DNA from: Candidatus Brocadiaceae bacterium
GTDB lineage: Bacteria; Planctomycetota; Brocadiia; Brocadiales; Brocadiaceae
Length of the DNA stretch: 35,845 nt
Direction of reading: 5' to 3'
NCBI GenBank assembly: GCA_024653795.1
Contig: JANLHY010000767.1
Span: 1 to 35,845 of the forward strand
Under the pieces are notes generated by a model, which was given only the letters and a program-made list of their open reading frames with translations, was not told the DNA's origin and ran no database searches. Every line of letters starts with the position of its first letter. Positions within the stretch are counted from its first letter, which is position 1. The translations under genes were made by a program, and so were the position numbers. Positions 7,952 through 16,998 of this stretch are shown one piece after another.

Positions 7952-9094
7952 TTGATCTCCAAAGATATTATTAGTCCGCTCAGAGTAGAAGACTATGAGG
8001 CTGCTGCTGTTTTCCTTGAAAGGATTACCAATGAAGTGTTTAAGAAAGAGTTCTGGCTGGATCGTTTTGAGTACTGGTGGAATAGGAATCCTGCAATGAG
8101 TAAAGGAATTGACAGAGGATGGATTTTGCGCTGCAAAGATGGTGGAGTAGTGGGATTTGTGGGGAACATCCCTATTAGATATTATATAAAGGGACAGGAG
8201 AGAACTGCCTGTTGTATAACAAGTTGGTATGTTGGAGAGGAATACAGCAAAAGAAGCCTAGAGCTATTGATTCCTTTTATTAAGCAGAAGGTTCCCGCAT
8301 TATTATTGGATACTACTCCCATCGAAAAAGTCGTAAAGATACTGCTCCAACTCGGTTTTAGAAGTCTTGAAAAGAAATGGTTAAAGAGAGACGTTTTTTA
8401 TCCAACTGATATGGCTGAATTCTGGAACTTTCTTGCTGGGCGGTTTGGATCAAATAGAGTTATAACAGTTTTCTTTAAGTTAGCAGGACTGTTTGTAATT
8501 CCAGCGGTGAAGTTTTATCAGATAGTCTGCAAGTTTAGATTGCCTGCCATAAATAAAAAATACACATTTAGTGAAATCAAAAGATTTGATAAGTCATATG
8601 CATTATTGTGGGATAAACTGAAAGAAAAATATGACGTGCTTGCTGTGAGAAACGAGACGACGCTTAACTGGTTTTTTTTTGGATCAAACGATATTTCTTC
8701 CAGCAGGAAGGTAATAGAGTTTAGATGCGATGATGCATTGATAGGATATGTTGCTGTCAAGGAAATAAAACATAACTTGCATAATAGAATTTATTATTAT
8801 TTTGAAGTAGTAGATATGGTTATTCTCAACGGGGATGCTTTAGGCTACAATATTGCGATAGAGGGGCTTTTGTGGTTTGCAAAGAAAAACAAGAATAAAA
8901 TTATGCTTATTAAGCTGAATCCTTTTGATGAAAACATTGAAAATTTTTTATTTAAATTTGGATTTTTTTTGAGATTCGGAAAGTCAAGATTTTTATACAA
9001 GCATACAACAGAACATGAGTCTGCTATAGCAGACTATGCTTCTGACAGCTTTTATGCCACGCCGTTAGATGGGGATAGATGTTTTTTCCCGTAA
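7952..9094 (+). CDS. Large GNAT-like (two-domain) acyltransferase, putative
   Basis: 380 aa with a TTG start 9 nt after AAGAGG. The N-terminal region looks GNAT-fold-like, but the Q/RxxGxG/A motif is not clear. Architecture resembles the ORF at 15215. Assignment is weak. Confidence 0.4.
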   Translation: MISKDIISPLRVEDYEAAAVFLERITNEVFKKEFWLDRFEYWWNRNPAMSKGIDRGWILRCKDGGVVGFVGNIPIRYYIKGQERTACCITSWYVGEEYSKRSLELLIPFIKQKVPALLLDTTPIEKVVKILLQLGFRSLEKKWLKRDVFYPTDMAEFWNFLAGRFGSNRVITVFFKLAGLFVIPAVKFYQIVCKFRLPAINKKYTFSEIKRFDKSYALLWDKLKEKYDVLAVRNETTLNWFFFGSNDISSSRKVIEFRCDDALIGYVAVKEIKHNLHNRIYYYFEVVDMVILNGDALGYNIAIEGLLWFAKKNKNKIMLIKLNPFDENIENFLFKFGFFLRFGKSRFLYKHTTEHESAIADYASDSFYATPLDGDRCFFP

Positions 9095-10113
9095 AGATAA
9101 AAGCATATGTTAAAGAAAGGTTTGGACTCCCAGCAAGGAAGTTTTTAAAATTGTTCCTTAGCAATTCCGTAGGCTTGTTGTTTAGAATTGTTAATAATCT
9201 GTTTTTAGCGAAGACCCTGACAGTTTTTGTATACCATGATGTTTCAGATAATCCAAGTGAGTGTAGCCGTACCTATAATCTCAATGTTCCTCTTGAAGTT
9301 TTTAATTATCAGATTAATTTTATCAGGAAAAATTTTAATGTCATAAGTCCTGCTGATTTATTAGAAAGCAGAATTCCCTCAAAGGCTGCATTAATTACCT
9401 TTGATGATGGCTTCCAAAGTTATTTTAAAAATGCCCTGCCAATACTTGAAAAGCATAATGTCCCCTCAATAATATTTTTAAATATGGGACATATTAGAGG
9501 GACTGTTTTCTGGCCCGGACTTATAATTTATCTCTGTGAAAAAAGGAAGGATTTTAGAGAATATGTTAAAAATGCTATTCCTGTAAAGGATAATAAAATG
9601 AAACCGCTATTTCTCTATTGTAGTAGGAATCTTGTAGATTCGTATATTGAAAGGACAGGAGAGAGCTTTGAAGGAAATGTCGCGGAGTTCGTAGGAGAGA
9701 TCGCTACCGAAGAAGATTTGATCGGGGCCGCTGAAAATCCCATGGTCTTTTATGGGAATCATCTTTTAAATCATGATATCCCTGCATTAATGTCTGATGA
9801 GGAACTATTGAAATCTTATCTTCAAAACGCTGATTTTTTAAAAAGATATTTAAATTATAGAGATATGTTTTCTTTTCCGTTTGGACAGCCGGGAACTTGT
9901 TATAATGAGCCGCAGGTAAGACTGATTTTAGAAAGCGGAGCTAAAAAGGTTTTTAGTTCTACAGGGAGAATAAACCGGAATATATCATCATTATGTTTGG
10001 ATCGAATTGCTTTGACATCTTTTAATGAATCCCCTGCTAAAATATGGTTTCAAGTCTTCCGGAAATCATTCAGGAAGAGGCTTGGAATACTGAGCAAGGA
10101 ATTTAATGGGTAA
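9079..10113 (+). CDS. Polysaccharide deacetylase family protein (CE4 / NodB homology)
   Basis: ALITFDDGFQS (TFDDG motif 1) and GNHLLNHD (HxxxH-type motif). 344 aa. Confidence 0.75.
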   Translation: MFFPVKIKAYVKERFGLPARKFLKLFLSNSVGLLFRIVNNLFLAKTLTVFVYHDVSDNPSECSRTYNLNVPLEVFNYQINFIRKNFNVISPADLLESRIPSKAALITFDDGFQSYFKNALPILEKHNVPSIIFLNMGHIRGTVFWPGLIIYLCEKRKDFREYVKNAIPVKDNKMKPLFLYCSRNLVDSYIERTGESFEGNVAEFVGEIATEEDLIGAAENPMVFYGNHLLNHDIPALMSDEELLKSYLQNADFLKRYLNYRDMFSFPFGQPGTCYNEPQVRLILESGAKKVFSSTGRINRNISSLCLDRIALTSFNESPAKIWFQVFRKSFRKRLGILSKEFNG

Positions 10114-10870
10114 ACTGAAGGACAAATTAAGAAAAAAACAATTAAGTGTCGGTTCTTGGATGAGCCTTGGTCATCCTGCAATTGCCGAAATCATGGCAAA
10201 AGCTGGATTTGACTGGTTGGTTATTGATATGGAACATTCTGCTATTAGTGACGATCAATGTCAGGAACTTATAAGGGTTGTTGACCTTTGTGGAATATCT
10301 CCCATTGTTCGTGTTGGTGCAAACGACTCACTTTTAATCAAAAGGGCTATGGATGCAGGATCACATGGAGTCATAGTGCCAATGGTAAATAGTCGGGAAG
10401 ACGCTGAAAAAGTTGTTTCTGCAGTAAAATATCCTCCGTATGGAACGCGCGGTGTTGGTCTGTCACGCGCACAAGGCTACGGAACGTCGTTTAATGAATA
10501 TAAGAAATGGGTTGAAGAAGAAAGCGTCATAATAGTTCAAATCGAGCACATTCATGCTATAGAAAATCTTAAACAAATTTTAACTGTACAAGGGATTGAT
10601 GCATTTATTATAGGGCCTTATGATCTTTCAGGTTCTTTAGGTATTCCTGGGAATTTTGAAGATAAAAAAATGCTAAATGCGCTTGAAGAAGTAAAACGAG
10701 TGATCTCTGAAACCAATATCTCCGCAGGGTACCATGTTGTTCCTCCACAGCCAGAACTAGTTCAAGAGAAAATAAAAGAGGGTTATACTTTTATTGCTTA
10801 TAGTGTGGATTTTCTCTTTTTAGGAGAAAGTTGTCGTAACGGGCTTATGGAAATACAAGGTTTAAAATAA
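10106..10870 (+). CDS. HpcH/HpaI family class II (pyruvate-specific) aldolase
   Basis: LSVGSWMSLGHPAIAEIMAKAGFDWLVIDMEHS and VQIEHIHAIENL...IGPYDLS match the HpcH/HpaI aldolase TIM-barrel pattern. 254 aa. Confidence 0.85.
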   Translation: MGKLKDKLRKKQLSVGSWMSLGHPAIAEIMAKAGFDWLVIDMEHSAISDDQCQELIRVVDLCGISPIVRVGANDSLLIKRAMDAGSHGVIVPMVNSREDAEKVVSAVKYPPYGTRGVGLSRAQGYGTSFNEYKKWVEEESVIIVQIEHIHAIENLKQILTVQGIDAFIIGPYDLSGSLGIPGNFEDKKMLNALEEVKRVISETNISAGYHVVPPQPELVQEKIKEGYTFIAYSVDFLFLGESCRNGLMEIQGLK

Positions 10871-10942
10871 GTTCATACAAATAAAGTATAGAGCTATTTA
10901 GACTCTTATTTTATTATTTTTCATATTAAAACAAGAGTAAAG

Positions 10943-11983
10943 ATGAATAAAAAATTAAAAGTTGCTATTGCAGGACATGGAAAGATGGGCAAAATCAGAG
11001 CGGCATGTATAGAGGTGCATCCTGATTTGGAGCTTGTCGCTATTTGTGAAACCAACCCCCAAGATAATTCGTTCAGCATTCCAGTATGCCAGGATTATAA
11101 AATGCTTATGGAATATAGTCCAGATATTGTTTTTGCATGTACCCCTAATAAATACCTGCCAGAAATCGTTTCCTATTTTTTAAGCAATCAGGTGAATATT
11201 TTTTGTGAAAAGCCTCCTGGAAGAAGCAGGAAAGATGTTGAAATGATGCTTATGGCCGAAAAAAACAATCCTGCCGTTAAATTAAAGTTTGGTTTCAATC
11301 ATAGATATCATCAGGCAGTTCTTGATGCTAAATCTATAATTGACCAGGGACGCCTAGGCAAAATCCTCTGGTTAAGAGGGATTTATGGCAAGGCAGGAGG
11401 GAATCATTTTGAAGATGGCTGGAGAAATAAGAGAGAATTTTCTGGAGGGGGGGTATTAATAGACCAGGGAATTCATATGGTAGATTTATTCAGACTTTTT
11501 TGTGGTGAATTCGATGAGATAAAGTCTTTTGTTAATCAATCATACTGGCAAATGGAAGTGGAAGATAATGTTTTTGCTCTTCTTAGAAATAAACAAGGAC
11601 AGACTGCCATGCTGCATTCCTCTGCTACTCAATGGAAGCATAAGTTTTTACTGGATATATACCTGGAAAAAGGCTATATCACTATAACTGGGATATTATC
11701 TTCTTCCAGAACCTATGGTACGGAAACTTTGAAAATCGCAAGATGTGTTTATGATGAAGAAGGGTATCCTTTGCCAAATCCGGATGAGACAATAACTTAT
11801 TATGAAGATGACCACTCCTGGAAAATGGAAATTGACGAATTTGTTAACAGTATTACCAGGAATGTGCCTGTCCAAGTCGGCACCTGTTTGGAGGCATATA
11901 AAACAATGCTACTTATTGAAGAAATATACGCTGCAGATAAACAGGTAAATTTCACTAAAAGTTTTATTTTAAAGGAAAATTAA
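10943..11983 (+). CDS. Gfo/Idh/MocA family NAD(P)-dependent oxidoreductase
   Basis: N-terminal Rossmann KVAIAGHGKMGK, the EKP motif (FCEKPPG), and GFNHRYH. 346 aa. Confidence 0.85.
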   Translation: MNKKLKVAIAGHGKMGKIRAACIEVHPDLELVAICETNPQDNSFSIPVCQDYKMLMEYSPDIVFACTPNKYLPEIVSYFLSNQVNIFCEKPPGRSRKDVEMMLMAEKNNPAVKLKFGFNHRYHQAVLDAKSIIDQGRLGKILWLRGIYGKAGGNHFEDGWRNKREFSGGGVLIDQGIHMVDLFRLFCGEFDEIKSFVNQSYWQMEVEDNVFALLRNKQGQTAMLHSSATQWKHKFLLDIYLEKGYITITGILSSSRTYGTETLKIARCVYDEEGYPLPNPDETITYYEDDHSWKMEIDEFVNSITRNVPVQVGTCLEAYKTMLLIEEIYAADKQVNFTKSFILKEN

Positions 11984-11988
11984 TATCC

Positions 11989-12993
11989 ATGAGAAAAGTT
12001 GTTTTATTAAATGATTTAGTTACATCAGATATCACCTACGGCTATTTATATGAAGAATATAAAAGGCTCTTGGAAATTGATATTACGACTCACTTCATGG
12101 AGTCATCTTCTCTTGTAGATGTCGCCTGTCCCGGCTGCGGAAAGAAGGCAAATCAGGATATTTATAAAAAAATGAAAATGAACTTTAAGTTATGTTCTAA
12201 ATGTGGAACCTATTATGTCAGCCCAAGACCCGATCCGCAGTCATTGGAGAAATTTTATAGGCTTTCAAACGCATGTATATTTTGGCGCAAAGAAAGTCTC
12301 AATTTGCCCGAATCAAAATTAAACAATCTGTTTAGCCCGAGGATAAATTGGATATTAGAGCTTTCAGATGAATTTCTCCACGGTACATCACTTTTAATGG
12401 ACTTCGAGACAAAATACCCTTTTTTCATAAAACAGGTTCATAAACAAAAAATATTTAACTCTGTTATAACCTTCAAGCCTAAAGTATATGAGCAGAGTGC
12501 ACTATTACCAGATGGGATGTTAACAGAATACAATATTGAAAACTATTATGGTAGGACAAACGTAATAACAGCTTTTGAAAGTCTCGAAAGGATGTTTGAT
12601 CCTGGAGAGCTATTTTCGATTGCAAACAAGTGTTGTCCGCCTGGCGGCTTATTACTGATTACAACCGCGAGCGGTAGCGGATTTGAATACCAAGTTCTGG
12701 GTGAAAAGGCCCCCAATATTAATCCTATAAATCGAATGAATCTCTTATCCTTAGAAGTCCTGTCAGAGCGTGTTGAATCTGCTGGATTTGAAATTATTGA
12801 ATTGAGTACCCCCGGCAGACTGGATGTTGAAAGTGTCCGAAATGTGGTCAAAGAATCGGATGATGTGCAGATACATCCTTTCTGGAAGTATCTATTTAAA
12901 TATCGTACCGAAGAAACATGGCAAAGCTTGCAGGATTTTCTTCAGGTAAATCGGTTGAGTTCTCATATAAGGATTGCCGCACTAAAAAAATAG
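11989..12993 (+). CDS. Methyltransferase-like protein with an N-terminal CxxC...CxxC zinc ribbon; glycine-rich SAM motif I not evident
   Basis: CPGCGKK...CSKCGTYYVSPRP, and later AFESLERMFDPGELFSIANKCCPPGGLLLITT (class I MT motifs II/III-like). Where motif I is expected I read LLMDFETKY rather than DxGxG. Confidence 0.45.
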   Translation: MRKVVLLNDLVTSDITYGYLYEEYKRLLEIDITTHFMESSSLVDVACPGCGKKANQDIYKKMKMNFKLCSKCGTYYVSPRPDPQSLEKFYRLSNACIFWRKESLNLPESKLNNLFSPRINWILELSDEFLHGTSLLMDFETKYPFFIKQVHKQKIFNSVITFKPKVYEQSALLPDGMLTEYNIENYYGRTNVITAFESLERMFDPGELFSIANKCCPPGGLLLITTASGSGFEYQVLGEKAPNINPINRMNLLSLEVLSERVESAGFEIIELSTPGRLDVESVRNVVKESDDVQIHPFWKYLFKYRTEETWQSLQDFLQVNRLSSHIRIAALKK

Positions 12994-13143
12994 CCTTAAT
13001 TCTATCAAAATGTTAACGAGGCGGCACCTCAGGCCGATAAAATGAATATTTCAAACTTGACTCATTTGTAAAGATAAATTGCGTATAAAGTATTTAATGT
13101 GTTTGCGATTGTGCTTGAAAGCCCAAGGTTTAAGGAGGAGATA

Positions 13144-14100
13144 ATGATCGAAACTATAAATAAAAGAAAGAAATTAGCAGTTATGGCAGAGTATGTAGTT
13201 AGTCCGCCCTTTCCACGGGAGATTTTTATTGATCTCACTTCTTTCTGTAATCACGCATGTGTTTTCTGTTCTAATTCAAAATTGAAAAAGAGGCACACTA
13301 TGAAACCAGATATGGTAAAGCGGGTTTTACAGGAAGCGTATGAGAATGGAACGAGAGATGCTGGATTTTATGCAACAGGTGAGTCTTTTCTTGTTAATAA
13401 ATTGCATGAATATGTGGCTGAAGCCAAAAAAATCGGTTATGAATATCTTTTTATAACTACCAATGGAGCGCTTGCTACACCAGAACGGGCTAAACCTGTT
13501 TTGGATGCAGGGTTAAGCAGCATCAAATTCTCAATTAGTGCAGGCACACGAGAGAGCTATAAAAGAATCCATGGCAAAGACGATTTTGACAAGGTACTGC
13601 GAAATTTAAAATGGATTTCTGAATATCGGAAACAATCTGGTTTGGATTATCGGATTTATGTGACAATGGTATATACTGATTCAACGGAACAAGAGATTGA
13701 TTTAATTAGAGAAGTAGTACAACCTTATATTGATGAATGGGACCCTCACTTACTTACCAACCAATGTGGAAACAAATTCGATAATAATGAACTTGGGAAA
13801 ATCGAAGAATTAAATATCAGAGGACGAAGCAAGTCAAACATTTGTTTCCAACCATTTAAGGGTTTCACTGTTACCCCTGAGGGTTATGTTAGTGCCTGTG
13901 TTCTTGACTATCAAAAATATTTGATAGTCGGTGATTTAAACAAGACAACCTTAAAAGAAATTTGGACAAATAAAATTTATACTGTCTTTAGGGAACGACA
14001 CATAGAAAACAATATAAAAGGATTAATTTGCTATAACTGTATTAATAATACTGATGAAAATATAATACCGCTAATGCCTGAATATGCTGAGGCATTCTAA
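13144..14100 (+). CDS. Radical SAM protein with a C-terminal twitch/partial-SPASM cysteine cluster
   Basis: CNHACVFC (CxxxCxxC) near the N-terminus. C-terminal C-x12-G-x4-C (CFQPFKGFTVTPEGYVSAC) plus CYNC. The AAGGAGG RBS precedes the ATG at 13144; the track start at 13099 is a GTG without an RBS. Confidence 0.85.
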   Translation: MIETINKRKKLAVMAEYVVSPPFPREIFIDLTSFCNHACVFCSNSKLKKRHTMKPDMVKRVLQEAYENGTRDAGFYATGESFLVNKLHEYVAEAKKIGYEYLFITTNGALATPERAKPVLDAGLSSIKFSISAGTRESYKRIHGKDDFDKVLRNLKWISEYRKQSGLDYRIYVTMVYTDSTEQEIDLIREVVQPYIDEWDPHLLTNQCGNKFDNNELGKIEELNIRGRSKSNICFQPFKGFTVTPEGYVSACVLDYQKYLIVGDLNKTTLKEIWTNKIYTVFRERHIENNIKGLICYNCINNTDENIIPLMPEYAEAF

Positions 14101-14124
14101 AGTTAAAAACCACATTATGGAGAG

Positions 14125-15213
14125 ATGGAGATGAAAAAACATTTTAAGGGCCATATTAATAATTTAGTTCGATACCAAACTTCTTTAGGACGCGATTTAG
14201 ACAATGGATTGCGCTTAGACCGAAATGAGAAGATATCAGACTTTCCGCCTGAGGTAATCGCTGACATTTTCAACAAATTTAAGCCATATTCTTTAAGCGC
14301 TTCTCCTGAGACCGAGGCACTTTATCAAAAGATTGCAGGAAATTTAGGCATTCCGCAGGAGAAGATTTATATTACAGGCGGGATAACTGAAGGAATCAGA
14401 ATTCTGTTTGAATTGTTAACAAATCCGGGAGAAAATGTTATAGTGCTTGATCCTACTTATCCTATGTATTCAATTTATGCAAAGATACATCAAGTAGAAT
14501 ACAGGAAGTTCTGCTTTAAAGAAAATCTAAGTCCTGATTGGAATAGCTTATATCAAGGGATAGACGATAAAACAACAATGGTGATGATTCCGAATCCTAA
14601 TCTGCCGGTTGAATGCATGTTTAGTACAGAAGACATCCGTCGTATAGCTGAGAAATGCAGAGAGCATCAAGTAGTACTTGTCATTGACGAGGCGTATTAT
14701 TATTTTGGAGCACCATCAGTCCTTGAATTAATTGACGAGTATGACAATCTGGTTGTCATGCGAACATTCTCAAAGGCGTATGGACTGGCTGGAATCAGGT
14801 TAGGATTTATGATAAGTTCTGCTGAAAATATCCAGTATCTGTCAAAAACGAGGTCATTGGCTGAGTCCAATACACTGTCTATGCGTGTTGCTGAATACTT
14901 GTTAGATCATGTGGAATTGCGAGACGAGCATATCAAAGAAGTTAAAGAAGGTGGTCAGTATATTCAGGAAGAGTTAACAAAGCTGGGACTTAGATGGTTT
15001 GGCGGAAATGTCACAAACGGTATTTTGATTTTCTTAGAAAATGAAAAAGAAGCAAAAGACCTGGCTTTGTATTTAAAGGAGAAAAAGATTTATATAAGAG
15101 GGTCATTTGATCCACCTTTCAATGTGTGTGTTCGTGTGAGCATAGGACAGAAGAAAATAATGAAACTGTTCATTGAATCATTAAAGAATTGGTTAACACA
15201 AAAAAAGAAATAA
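14125..15213 (+). CDS. Class I/II PLP-dependent aminotransferase (HisC/histidinol-phosphate aminotransferase-like)
   Basis: PNPNLPV, DEAYYYF and FSKAYGLAGIRLGF (PLP lysine context). 362 aa. The ATG at 14131 is an alternative start. Confidence 0.85.
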   Translation: MEMKKHFKGHINNLVRYQTSLGRDLDNGLRLDRNEKISDFPPEVIADIFNKFKPYSLSASPETEALYQKIAGNLGIPQEKIYITGGITEGIRILFELLTNPGENVIVLDPTYPMYSIYAKIHQVEYRKFCFKENLSPDWNSLYQGIDDKTTMVMIPNPNLPVECMFSTEDIRRIAEKCREHQVVLVIDEAYYYFGAPSVLELIDEYDNLVVMRTFSKAYGLAGIRLGFMISSAENIQYLSKTRSLAESNTLSMRVAEYLLDHVELRDEHIKEVKEGGQYIQEELTKLGLRWFGGNVTNGILIFLENEKEAKDLALYLKEKKIYIRGSFDPPFNVCVRVSIGQKKIMKLFIESLKNWLTQKKK

Positions 15214-15214
15214 A

Positions 15215-16402
15215 TTGATTACTATACAACCATTCAGAAGCGAGTATTTAGCTTCAATCCTTAATTTGATTGAGAGGTCTGATTCGACTAATCGTTCCAT
15301 AGATACATGGTACTGGAATAATATGACTTCGGTTGTAGCATTTGATGATAACAAGCTTATTGGTGTGCTTCCACTTGAAAAACGTTTATTTTCTCTCGGA
15401 GGTGATAGATCCCTAAATATTCTTTGGGTTAGTGCTGCTCATGTAGAACCAGAGTATAGAAGTCAAGGGGTTGGAACAGCAATGGATAACAAGATTCAAG
15501 AATATTTCTTTCCAGATTTTAAGGCAGTATTTGTCTATCGTGGGGATGAAACAAGTAAGGCATATAGGTGGTATAATAAATTAGGTTATCATGAAATCTT
15601 ATCTGTTTTGTCATTTAAGAAGGATGTAAAGAGACTTGATGCAGCGATTGACTATATATTATTGTCAAACGAAGCGGAGATTAGACGGTGGGAAGATAAG
15701 CTGTTTGACTGTTTTAAACGCTACACTTGGTCATTGGGAGGTTTCCCCCTGAGACATCGCCGGTTCTGGTCAGATAAAATTAATGCTCATTATTACAAAG
15801 AGTTTTATACCTATAGCATATTGGCAATAACCAGTCAGGATAAAATATCAGGCTATGCATTTCTTGGCAAAACAGTTATGAAGGACGGAATTCCAAGAGT
15901 TGATATCCTTGAGTTTGTAGCACCTGATGAATCTGTTACTGGCATTAGAGATTGTCTTTATAATGCAATTATGAATTTTGTCTGTCAGCATGGATTAAAC
16001 GAGGTGCGCATTCAACTTTCTACTCAGGATCCACATTTACAATGGATAAAGTCATTGGGTTTTGTTAATCGCTGGAGATTTAATATAATGGGGAGACTTA
16101 TTGACCCTATCAGCTATTTTAGAGAATGTTTGTCGGAAAAAATAGATTTAGAGCGGGAATATCAGTTTATTATTCAAACACCAGCGCTTGGGGAGCATAC
16201 TATTGGTAAAGGTAAAAGCTCTATAAAATTATTTGCTCATGATAATCTGCTTAATGAAATTCTGTTGTGCCGAAGCAATATTAGCAATGCAGTTGAAGAA
16301 GGCAGGCTTGTGATTATCGATGGCGATAAAAATAATATAAAAGTCCTTGAAAGTCATTTCCCATTAAATAAGTGGCAATATTTTCATATAGATTACATAT
16401 AG
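15215..16402 (+). CDS. Large GNAT family acyltransferase (two-domain)
   Basis: VEPEYRSQGVGTAM (GNAT motif A, RxxGxG). 395 aa with a TTG start 2 nt after the upstream stop. Similar architecture to the ORF at 7952. Confidence 0.6.
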   Translation: MITIQPFRSEYLASILNLIERSDSTNRSIDTWYWNNMTSVVAFDDNKLIGVLPLEKRLFSLGGDRSLNILWVSAAHVEPEYRSQGVGTAMDNKIQEYFFPDFKAVFVYRGDETSKAYRWYNKLGYHEILSVLSFKKDVKRLDAAIDYILLSNEAEIRRWEDKLFDCFKRYTWSLGGFPLRHRRFWSDKINAHYYKEFYTYSILAITSQDKISGYAFLGKTVMKDGIPRVDILEFVAPDESVTGIRDCLYNAIMNFVCQHGLNEVRIQLSTQDPHLQWIKSLGFVNRWRFNIMGRLIDPISYFRECLSEKIDLEREYQFIIQTPALGEHTIGKGKSSIKLFAHDNLLNEILLCRSNISNAVEEGRLVIIDGDKNNIKVLESHFPLNKWQYFHIDYI

Positions 16403-16450
16403 TAAAAAGGTAGTTAATATCCGGCCTTGGACAAAATAAGGACTGTATAA

Positions 16451-16897
16451 ATGATTATTGACCAACTTAAGAATGCATCATTGTATTTTGATATAAGCAA
16501 GAACATTGGAGCTGCCCTCTGCTATCTTCGTGATACAGATCTGTTAAATATTAAACTGGGAAGATATGAGATTGATGGCTCAAATATCTATGCTATGATG
16601 CAGAAATATGAGACAAAGTCAAAAGAAAACGGGATTTGGGAGGCACATCGGCATTATATAGATGTCCAATATATCATTAAAGGTACTGAGCTTATCGGAT
16701 ATGCAAACATAGAGTATTTGAAAGCTGGCGAGTATGATGATGTTAAAGACATGCTTCCGCTTTATGGAGACGGAGTTTATTTTGAGGTCAATGCAGGAAC
16801 TTTTGTAATACTTATGCCTCAAGATGCCCATATGCCTGGTATTGCAGTGTCCACCACACAATCTGTCGAGAAAATCGTCTTAAAAGTTAGAGTTTAA
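16451..16897 (+). CDS. YhcH/YjgK/YiaL (DUF386) family protein, the family that includes the sialic-acid anomerase NanQ
   Basis: 148 aa with EAHRHYIDVQYIIKGTELIGY and the DAHMPG cupin-like motifs characteristic of this family. Confidence 0.8.
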   Translation: MIIDQLKNASLYFDISKNIGAALCYLRDTDLLNIKLGRYEIDGSNIYAMMQKYETKSKENGIWEAHRHYIDVQYIIKGTELIGYANIEYLKAGEYDDVKDMLPLYGDGVYFEVNAGTFVILMPQDAHMPGIAVSTTQSVEKIVLKVRV

Positions 16898-16998
16898 TAT
16901 AGAACAAAATACTCCGGATCTTTTGCACAAATTGTTGCCGGAAGAATAATGTGACAGTTAATTAAGGGTTAAAATTAAATTTTCAAAAGAGTATCATT

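Noticed and set aside
11447-11453. G7 run in the Gfo/Idh/MocA gene as a second phase-variation tract
   Set aside because: It is short, encodes a GGG segment (FSGGGVL), and is roughly within chance expectation for the window.
12671-12678. GCGGTAGC resembling the ops/JUMPStart element of polysaccharide operons
   Set aside because: It lies inside a CDS, lacks the first G of GGCGGTAG, and the element is specific to RfaH-using proteobacteria. Most likely coincidental.
13057-13090. TTGACT hexamer and nearby TATAAA as a possible sigma-70 promoter for the rSAM-aminotransferase sub-operon
   Set aside because: Spacing between the best -35-like and -10-like hexamers is about 21 nt, which is too long, and alternatives are poor. 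I cannot support a promoter call from sequence alone.
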